Below are positions 43,452-48,926 of a DNA stretch of 64,000 bases, piece by piece. The notes below the pieces were generated by a model. The model did not search any database, was not told where the DNA came from, and saw only the letters and a program-made list of their open reading frames with translations. Each line of letters begins with the position of its first letter. Position 1 is the stretch's first letter. The stretch covers positions 4 to 64,003 of the forward strand of contig JANPMV010000001.1 in NCBI GenBank assembly GCA_031427135.1, written 5' to 3'. The DNA is from Cyanobacteria bacterium VAR_87_metabat_62 (GTDB lineage Bacteria; Cyanobacteriota; Cyanobacteriia; Cyanobacteriales; Microcoleaceae). The translations under genes were made by a program, and so were the position numbers.

Positions 43452-43645
43452 GTAGGGGCGGGTTCACCAACCATAATTGCCTGAAACAAACAATCTCGAA
43501 AACCCGCCCCACCCAACAAACAATCTAAATCTACATTTTGATATTCAATATAAATGTCAGGTTGATGTGGGTTATTGGTGGGGCGGGGGCGGGTTTATAT
43601 ATATTGTCACTCATCGTTATATATTGTTGGTGAACCCGCCCCTAC
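43452..43645. repeat. about 194-bp MITE-like element with 20-bp terminal inverted repeats
   Basis: GTAGGGGCGGGTTCACCAAC (43452-43471) versus GTTGGTGAACCCGCCCCTAC (43626-43645). Confidence 0.8.
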
Positions 43646-43685
43646 GGGCATTGTTGACATTGAGATTAATCGTTTAAACCAGTAG

Positions 43686-44636
43686 CTACGCTTGCTGTTG
43701 CATTTCCAGCAACTCAGGAATTGTCACAAACCGATATCCCTCTTTTTTCAAACCAGCAATCATCTCCGGTAAAGCTTTAATAGTCCGAGATCGATCGCCC
43801 CCGCCGTCGTGCATCAACACAATCGCACCCGGCTTCGCACCCTTCAACACATTCTCCACAAAGGCTTCCGGTTGAGCGCGCGGATCCGTATCGGCAGATG
43901 TTACAGACCACATCACAACTGAATAATTCTGCTCTTTAGCATACTTAGCTAAGCCATTATTCAATACTCCCCCCGGCGGGCGGAAAAAAGTTGTCTTAAC
44001 TCCCGTGGTTTCGTAAATAAGTCTTGCTGTGCGATCGATTTCATTAGCCGCCGTCGCCGCATCCATCACATCGTACGGGTGATGCCACGTATGATTGCCG
44101 ATCGCGTGACCTTCTGCCACAACTCGACGACCAATTTCAGGAGAACTTTCGAGAGATTTGCCTATCCAAAAAAATGTTGCTTTAACATCATTTTGCTTAA
44201 AAATATCCAGCATTTGTTCTGTAGTTTCCGGCCACGGCCCGTCATCAACTGTTAAAGCAATAACTTTCTGAGAATATTTGATTGTTCCTTCAAAAACAGT
44301 TGTTCCCTGAAACTGTTGCGGTGGCACAAAAGTCAAGCGTTTTTCCTTGGATTCCAACACGGTGAGCAGTTGTTCAACTGTGCGATCGAGATTAAACGCT
44401 GTTTTATTGTCTCCAACTTCCTTGACTGACGGATTTACCGCTAAAGATTGATTGAGGTTCTGCACCTGCACCGCTGCGGTTGCGGGGTTGTCGCTTCCCT
44501 GCTGGTTTCCTGGTAGCAGTATACCGATGATAAAACTAATCGCGGCTGCTGCAAGGGCGATCGCCGCAAAACGCCATTTTTTTCGCAGTCTTTGAAACAG
44601 ATGATTTCCGGTCACTTGAGATTCCTTTGACTCCAC
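43686..44636 (-). CDS. polysaccharide deacetylase (NodB homology domain), membrane-anchored
   Basis: TVDDGPWP and GNHTWHHP NodB motifs, N-terminal TM. Confidence 0.88.
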   Translation of the reverse strand: MESKESQVTGNHLFQRLRKKWRFAAIALAAAAISFIIGILLPGNQQGSDNPATAAVQVQNLNQSLAVNPSVKEVGDNKTAFNLDRTVEQLLTVLESKEKRLTFVPPQQFQGTTVFEGTIKYSQKVIALTVDDGPWPETTEQMLDIFKQNDVKATFFWIGKSLESSPEIGRRVVAEGHAIGNHTWHHPYDVMDAATAANEIDRTARLIYETTGVKTTFFRPPGGVLNNGLAKYAKEQNYSVVMWSVTSADTDPRAQPEAFVENVLKGAKPGAIVLMHDGGGDRSRTIKALPEMIAGLKKEGYRFVTIPELLEMQQQA

Positions 44637-44944
44637 ACTGCCGATAATGATATGGGAATTTCAGGCAAAAGAAACCTAATTTTTGATAAATATGTCTGGG
44701 CGGGGATTGACAGCGGGCTAAAAGCGGGCTACTGAATCTGGGCGGTGGATTGGTGGCGCGGCGGTGAGAATTCAGAGCGATCGGAGTGTAGTACAGTATT
44801 GCGATCGGATTTAGGTGCGGCGACACTACCAATTTTGCAGCTCAAAGTCTTTATTTGCAAGGATTTCTTGAGCTATAAGTCTTAGTTTTGGCGATCGACA
44901 CCCTATCTAAAAAACCCAATTTAAAAAAAAGTTGTATTACCCCC

Positions 44945-44974
44945 TTGACAGTCTTGTAATACGTAATGTAGTAT
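44945..44974 (+). promoter_or_regulatory. strong sigma70-like promoter candidate upstream of the tRNA array
   Basis: TTGACA (44945-44950), 18 nt, TAGTAT (44969-44974), A-tract upstream. Paralogous copy at 55535-55563. Confidence 0.55.
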
Positions 44975-45186
44975 AAATGCATGGCGAAAGAGAAAAGCTT
45001 CAAAGCGTTACTCCAAAAGCAATATGAACTTTGAAAACAGAATAGATAATTAATCGTGTCACATACTTTTGGACATTGGCGGTGTAGACTCCGGCAACAA
45101 TAGCCCGATCGGGTTGTAGTACGCGGAATCAACCGCCAGTAGTCCTAACTTGAGTCATTCAAGGACAGAATATTTTTGATTTTCGC

Positions 45187-45260
45187 GGGGGTATAGCTCA
45201 ACCGGTCAGAGCAGTCGCCTGTCGAGCGAAAGGTTGCGAGTTCAACTCTCGTTACTCCCG
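45187..45260 (+). tRNA. tRNA-Asp(GTC)
   Basis: Acceptor GGGGGTA/TACTCCC, loop CTGTCGA, T-arm GCGAG-TTCAACT-CTCGT, G73. Confidence 0.85.
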
Positions 45261-45264
45261 TCAA

Positions 45265-45340
45265 AGTCCCGTAGGCAAATTGGTTTAAGCCGTCACCCTC
45301 TCTGGCGTGAAAATTACGAGTTCAAACCTCGTCGGGACTC
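45265..45340 (+). tRNA. tRNA-like, irregular anticodon arm (CTC, Glu-like)
   Basis: Acceptor AGTCCCG/CGGGACT and a good T-arm. The anticodon arm has one extra nt (TCACC-CTCTCTG-G[C]GTGA). Confidence 0.5.
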
Positions 45341-45343
45341 CCA

Positions 45344-45417
45344 GGTTAGATGGCCGAGTGGTTTAAGGCGTCGCTCTGCAAAAGCGATTTTCGTGAGTTC
45401 AAATCTCACTCTAACCT
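45344..45417 (+). tRNA. tRNA-Cys(GCA)
   Basis: Acceptor GGTTAGA/TCTAACC, loop CTGCAAA, U73. Confidence 0.8.
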
Positions 45418-45475
45418 TTGTTCCTATTAATTAATAGGAGCAATCTCAAATCTGAAACTTCAAATCAGATTATAT

Positions 45476-45571
45476 AGCAGCGTAGCTTAATGGTAAAGCC
45501 CCAAGTTCATGCCTTGGCAATTGCGAGTACCGCTTCGCGGAAGCAAGCTACAAGTCCCGCCACTGCTACCA
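45476..45571 (+). tRNA. tRNA(CAT) Met-type with an about 21-nt insert in the T-loop; CCA encoded
   Basis: Anticodon arm CCAAG-TTCATGC-CTTGG. T-stem GCGAG/CCCGC encloses 28 nt. The 3' end reads ...CACTGCT-A-CCA. Confidence 0.5.
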
Positions 45572-45574
45572 AAT

Positions 45575-45649
45575 ACAGGGATGATGTAACTGGCAACATC
45601 TCAGTCTCCAAAACTGATTTTCTGAGTTCAAATCTCAGTCCCTGTGCCA
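45575..45649 (+). tRNA. tRNA-Trp(CCA); CCA encoded
   Basis: Acceptor ACAGGGA/TCCCTGT (A1-U72), loop CTCCAAA, G73. Confidence 0.8.
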
Positions 45650-45655
45650 ATTTAT

Positions 45656-45732
45656 AGTGCTGTAGGCAAATGGTTTAAGCCGCTTGGTTTTCACCCAAGT
45701 GATTGCGGGTTCAACTCCCGTCAGCACTTCCA
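45656..45732 (+). tRNA. tRNA-Glu(TTC); CCA encoded
   Basis: Acceptor AGTGCTG/CAGCACT, arm CTTGG-TTTTCAC-CCAAG. Confidence 0.8.
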
Positions 45733-45740
45733 AAACTTCT

Positions 45741-45822
45741 GGGTTGGCCCTCCTACTGGCGTGGGTAGCTGTCTGTAAAACAGTAGCTTAAAGCGTTGCT
45801 GGTTCAATTCCAGCCCGACCCA
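45741..45822 (+). tRNA. tRNA-Tyr(GTA), long variable arm, irregular D-arm
   Basis: Acceptor GGGTTGG/CCGACCC, loop CTGTAAA, A73. Confidence 0.6.
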
Positions 45823-45962
45823 TTTGTAACTGTATTATGACTTACACAAAAAACCCGGTTTCTGAGAAAAATCTTGTATCTCTACGAGAGATATTTAGAT
45901 AGAAACCGGGTTTTTGACCCCCGTGGGTAAATCCTGTGTATTTCATATGCAGTTGCAATTTT

Positions 45963-46037
45963 GAGAATGAGTTGTAACTGGACAACAATTCAGTTTGCGT
46001 GACTGAACATTCGGGGGTTCAAATCCCTCCGTTCTCG
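45963..46037 (+). tRNA. tRNA-like (GCG, Arg-like), atypical loop TTGCGTG
   Basis: Acceptor GAGAATG/CGTTCTC, 6-bp anticodon stem TTCAGT/ACTGAA. Confidence 0.55.
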
Positions 46038-46041
46038 CTAT

Positions 46042-46128
46042 GGAGAAGTGGCCGAGTGGCTTAAGGCGCTTTCCTGCTAAGAAAGAGCGGTTTAACAACC
46101 GTCGTGGGTTCAAATCCCACCTTCTCCG
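46042..46128 (+). tRNA. tRNA-Ser(GCT)
   Basis: Class II. Acceptor GGAGAAG/CTTCTCC, loop CTGCTAA, G73. Confidence 0.85.
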
Positions 46129-46132
46129 TTTT

Positions 46133-46205
46133 CCCCCGATAGCTCAGTTGGTAGAGCGCTTGTTTGAAGAACAAGAAGTCGTCAGTTCGATACTGACTTG
46201 GGGGA
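46133..46205 (+). tRNA. tRNA-Phe(GAA) with C1-G72
   Basis: Acceptor CCCCCGA/TTGGGGG, arm CTTGT-TTGAAGA-ACAAG, A73. Confidence 0.75.
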
Positions 46206-46211
46206 TTGCGT

Positions 46212-46287
46212 TGCCTCATAGCTCAATTGGTAGAGCTGCACGCTGTTAACGTGATGGTTGTAGGTTCGAGTCCTACTGAGGCAGCCA
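46212..46287 (+). tRNA. tRNA-Asn(GTT); CCA encoded
   Basis: Acceptor TGCCTCA/TGAGGCA (U1-A72), loop CTGTTAA, G73. Confidence 0.85.
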
Positions 46288-46298
46288 TTTTACAAATT

Positions 46299-46371
46299 GC
46301 CGGGTGGACAAATTGGTAAAGTCGGATGCCTCTGAAACAGGAGTTTATCAGGGTAAGAGCCTACCCCGGCA
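46299..46371 (+). tRNA. tRNA-like/pseudo-tRNA (GAA-type loop, no TTC T-loop)
   Basis: Acceptor GCCGGGT/ACCC(C)GGC, weak anticodon stem, T-arm reduced to AGG-GTAAGAG-CCT. Confidence 0.4.
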
Positions 46372-46380
46372 TTCAATTAT

Positions 46381-46454
46381 TGGGAAGTCGCCTAATTGGT
46401 ATGGCACCGCTCTTTGAAAGCGGACAAATGCAGGTTCAAGCCCTGCCTTCCCAG
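46381..46454 (+). tRNA. tRNA-Gln(TTG)
   Basis: Acceptor TGGGAAG/CTTCCCA (U1-A72), arm CCGCT-CTTTGAA-AGCGG, G73. Confidence 0.85.
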
Positions 46455-46483
46455 TTTTGCTATCACCAAAGCAGATTAATTAT

Positions 46484-46560
46484 ACTCCTGTAGCCCAATT
46501 GGTAGAGGCCGCAATTTCAAAAATTGTGTTGTGTGAGTTCAAATCTCACCAGGAGTACCA
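46484..46560 (+). tRNA. class-I-shaped tRNA with Leu anticodon CAA; CCA encoded
   Basis: Acceptor ACTCCTG/CAGGAGT, loop TTCAAAA, 5-nt variable region, A73. Confidence 0.65.
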
Positions 46561-46583
46561 AATTTTCAATTAAGTTTCTACTT

Positions 46584-46658
46584 GCTCTTGTGGCGGAATT
46601 GGCATACGCGGCAGATTTAAAATTTGTTTTATTGTGAGTTCGAGTCTCACCAAGAGTA
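46584..46658 (+). tRNA. class-I-shaped tRNA with Leu anticodon TAA
   Basis: Leu-type D-arm GTGGCGGAATTGGCATACGCG, loop TTTAAAA, short variable region, A73. Confidence 0.65.
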
Positions 46659-46662
46659 TGAA

Positions 46663-46736
46663 CGGGATGTGGCGCAACTTGGTAGCGCGGCGGCTTTGGG
46701 AGCCGAAGGTTGCAGGTTCAAATCCTGCCATCCCGA
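46663..46736 (+). tRNA. tRNA-Pro(TGG)
   Basis: Acceptor CGGGATG/CATCCCG (C1-G72), loop TTTGGGA, A73. Confidence 0.88.
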
Positions 46737-46740
46737 CTTT

Positions 46741-46814
46741 ACCTCTATGATGCAATTAGTAGACATCTCTTGTTGAGTGCGAGAGTTTTGTTGGTGCAAG
46801 TCCAACTAGGGGTA
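46741..46814 (+). tRNA. tRNA-like with Leu anticodon GAG, loop TTGAGTG, T-loop TGCAAGT
   Basis: Acceptor ACCTCTA/TAGGGGT, 6-bp anticodon stem, A73. Confidence 0.5.
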
Positions 46815-46848
46815 TTGGGTATCAAAGCCCAAAAGTGCGATCGATTTT

Positions 46849-46922
46849 ACCCTTGTAGCCCAATTGGTAGAGGCGCTAGACTTAGGATCTAGTTAGTGCT
46901 GGTTCAAGTCCAGTCAGGGGTA
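46849..46922 (+). tRNA. class-I-shaped tRNA with Leu anticodon TAG
   Basis: Acceptor ACCCTTG/CAGGGGT, arm CTAGA-CTTAGGA-TCTAG, A73. Confidence 0.65.
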
Positions 46923-46933
46923 TTTGGTGATAG

Positions 46934-47012
46934 CGCGGGTGACGTAGCCACGGTAGGATTGGAGGTCTCATAAGCCTCTTCATAGCAGGTTCAACTCCTG
47001 TCCCCGCCACCA
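46934..47012 (+). tRNA. tRNA(CAT) Met-type with imperfect acceptor/D-arm; CCA encoded
   Basis: Loop CTCATAA, T-arm GCAGG-TTCAACT-CCTGT, 3' end CCCCGCC-A-CCA, 5' CGCGGGT giving a C1:C72 mismatch. Confidence 0.5.
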
Positions 47013-47017
47013 AAAAT

Positions 47018-47089
47018 GCAGGTGTAATGTAACTGGCAACATGAGGCTCTTGTAAAGCTTTCTTGCGAGTTCAAATCTCGCCATCTGCT
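47018..47089 (+). tRNA. tRNA-Thr(TGT)
   Basis: Acceptor GCAGGTG/CATCTGC, loop CTTGTAA. D-arm is identical to the Trp gene at 45575. Confidence 0.8.
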
Positions 47090-47150
47090 TATAACTAAGC
47101 TAGAGGTGTTATTTTTGTTAATGTTTTGCTAACGAATCAGAGAAAAAATC

Positions 47151-47990
47151 ATGAGACGGATTGCGATCGCTCAAGATACACTAAAGATCATTGAAGCAGG
47201 CTACTACTGCTCTCCAGAAGGTAAACGCATTGAACTTGTTCAAAAAATAGCATCCTGTCTTGAACAGACCAAATCCTATGAACCCGATGCTCTTTCTAAG
47301 CTCAAACAAGTTGTTCTTTCTGCTACTTCATCATTCTCAAATATTGAATTTGAAGTTAGGAATGAGACGACTTTGATGGGAGCAGAACGTATGGCAACAG
47401 GACAACAGTTTCAAAAGATTGGAGTCCTTAATTTTGCTTCCGCTAAAAATCCTGGTGGTGGATTTCTCAAAGGCGCACAAGCTCAAGAAGAGAGTTTAGC
47501 ACGCAGTTCTGCTCTTTACAAAAGTATTTTAAAATGTCGTGGTCATTATGAATTTCATCGCTCTTATAATTCGCTCCTGTATTCCGATCGGATGATCTAT
47601 TCACCTGATTGTCCTGTTTTCCGAAAAGATGATGGAACGCTATTAGAAACACCTTATCTTGTTGATTTCATCACAAGTCCGGCTCCTAATGCTGGCGAAG
47701 TTTGGAGAAAACAATCCCAGGATGCTGAAAAAATACGCGAAGTTCTATATGAACGCGGTGCAAAATTGTTGAGCCTAGCTATTTCTAATGGCTGTGATGC
47801 TCTAGTTTTAGGAGCTTGGGGATGTGGTGTATTTAGAAATAAACCATCAATGGTTGCTCAAGTGTTTGCAGATTTATTATTCCCTAATAGTCAATTTTCG
47901 GGAAGAATAAAAAACATCTTATTTTCTGTACTTGACTCTTCTGAACAAGCAAAAGTATTTGCGGAATTTTATACTAGATTTATTTTGTAG
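47151..47990 (+). CDS. bacterial-type poly(ADP-ribose) glycohydrolase-like macrodomain protein (DUF2263/TIGR02452-like)
   Basis: 279 aa. NFASAKNPGGGFLKGAQAQEESL contains the PARG signature GGG-X7-QEE. Embedded in the tRNA array. Confidence 0.8.
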   Translation: MRRIAIAQDTLKIIEAGYYCSPEGKRIELVQKIASCLEQTKSYEPDALSKLKQVVLSATSSFSNIEFEVRNETTLMGAERMATGQQFQKIGVLNFASAKNPGGGFLKGAQAQEESLARSSALYKSILKCRGHYEFHRSYNSLLYSDRMIYSPDCPVFRKDDGTLLETPYLVDFITSPAPNAGEVWRKQSQDAEKIREVLYERGAKLLSLAISNGCDALVLGAWGCGVFRNKPSMVAQVFADLLFPNSQFSGRIKNILFSVLDSSEQAKVFAEFYTRFIL

Positions 47991-48040
47991 CGACTTCATG
48001 TTGAGATTGAAAACATGAAATTGCTAACACCAGTTGAAAT

Positions 48041-48111
48041 GCGGATATGGTGCAACGGTAGCATCTGAGTCTTCCAAACTCGCGATACGGGTTCGAGTCC
48101 CGTTATCCGCT
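48041..48111 (+). tRNA. tRNA-Gly(TCC)
   Basis: Acceptor GCGGATA/TATCCGC, loop CTTCCAA, U73. Confidence 0.85.
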
Positions 48112-48122
48112 TGGCTAAAGAT

Positions 48123-48195
48123 GGGAGTGTAGCTCAATGGATAGAGCGCCGCGCTTCGGACGCGGATGTTGTGGGTTCGACTCCTACCACTCTCG
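48123..48195 (+). tRNA. tRNA-Arg(TCG)
   Basis: Acceptor GGGAGTG/CACTCTC, arm CCGCG-CTTCGGA-CGCGG. Confidence 0.85.
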
Positions 48196-48296
48196 TTGTT
48201 TTTGCTTGAATTTAAGGAGGTTGATTCCATTGAATGATTGATTTTTTATAGTAACCCCGATCGCCCTTTTGCGTGTCCCAATCTTTGGATCCTACA

Positions 48297-48320
48297 TACT
48301 TTAGTACGAGAGGAAAGGTA
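48297..48320 (+). ncRNA. hairpin carrying an exact copy of the 23S rRNA sarcin-ricin loop dodecamer
   Basis: ACTTT-AGTACGAGAGGA-AAGGT. The loop at 48303-48314 equals the universally conserved AGUACGAGAGGA. Confidence 0.6.
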
Positions 48321-48508
48321 ACGCTGTCAAAAAAACGGCGCGCGTTTGTAAACGAGGAGTGCATTGAACCCGATAGGTAGGCTTAAAAGTAGCCATCCTT
48401 TAAAGAGTGTGTAGCAACTCATCGGCGGAGTCCCTCTAGTAACTCAGAAAACGCAATGCTCTGATAACTTATACGCAAAGTGCGATCGTGCAAAGCAACC
48501 AACAATAC

Positions 48509-48582
48509 GGGAGTGTAACTCAACTGGACAGAGTGTCGAGCTTCTACCTCGAAAGTTGTGGGTTCGGGTCCTACCACTCCTG
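48509..48582 (+). tRNA. tRNA-Arg(TCT)
   Basis: Acceptor GGGAGTG/CACTCCT, arm TCGAG-CTTCTAC-CTCGA. Confidence 0.8.
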
Positions 48583-48588
48583 TTAAAT

Positions 48589-48665
48589 GGGTTCGTAGCT
48601 TAATTGGAAAAGCATCTAACAGGCTGTTAGAAAGATATCGGTTCAAATCCGATCGCAATCCACCA
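48589..48665 (+). tRNA. tRNA-Ala-like (GGC), loop CAGGCTG; CCA encoded
   Basis: G1-C72, G2-C71, G3:U70, A73, with an extra C in the 3' acceptor strand. Confidence 0.55.
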
Positions 48666-48670
48666 AATTT

Positions 48671-48747
48671 GGGTCTGTAGCTTAATTGGAAAAGCACCTA
48701 GTTCGCTGCTAGGAAAATGTCGGTTCGAGTCCGATCGCGATCCACCA
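48671..48747 (+). tRNA. tRNA-Ala-like (CGC), loop TTCGCTG; CCA encoded
   Basis: Paralogue of 48589, with G3:U70, A73 and the same bulged C. Confidence 0.55.
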
Positions 48748-48752
48748 AAAAC

Positions 48753-48825
48753 GGGGTCATAGCTCAATTGGTAGAGCGCTTGCCTTGCACGCAAGAGGTT
48801 AGGAGTTCAATTCTCCTTGATTCCA
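48753..48825 (+). tRNA. tRNA-Ala(TGC)
   Basis: Acceptor GGGGTCA/TGATTCC with G3:U70, loop CTTGCAC, A73. Confidence 0.88.
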
Positions 48826-48926
48826 TGCGGTGTCTGAAGTCGAAGCAGTAGTAGCACTCGTTATTTCAACTAGCGACGTACTCATTATCGTACTATATTG
48901 TTTAGTAAAGACTGAAAACACTACTA

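Noticed and set aside
45265-45340. 8-nt anticodon loop (frameshift-suppressor type) in the second array tRNA
   Set aside because: The extra nucleotide can equally be placed as a bulged C in the 3' strand of the anticodon stem, leaving a 7-nt loop. Hand folding cannot discriminate, so it is reported only as irregular.
46584-46658. Group I intron in tRNA-Leu(UAA)
   Set aside because: I looked for it because it is classic in cyanobacteria. The anticodon loop here is an uninterrupted TTTAAAA.
45234-46892. ORF-track ORFs 45234-45434(+), 46040-46249(+), 46570-46755(-) and 46710-46892(+)
   Set aside because: They lie entirely over back-to-back tRNA genes. Their translations (for example GFEPATF, WPSGLRR) are the usual artefacts of translating tRNA sequence.
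48024-48697. ORFs 48024-48230(-) and 48419-48697(-)
   Set aside because: They are antisense to tRNA-Gly/Arg and tRNA-Arg/Ala-like genes. No RBS is present and the peptides are typical tRNA-derived sequence.
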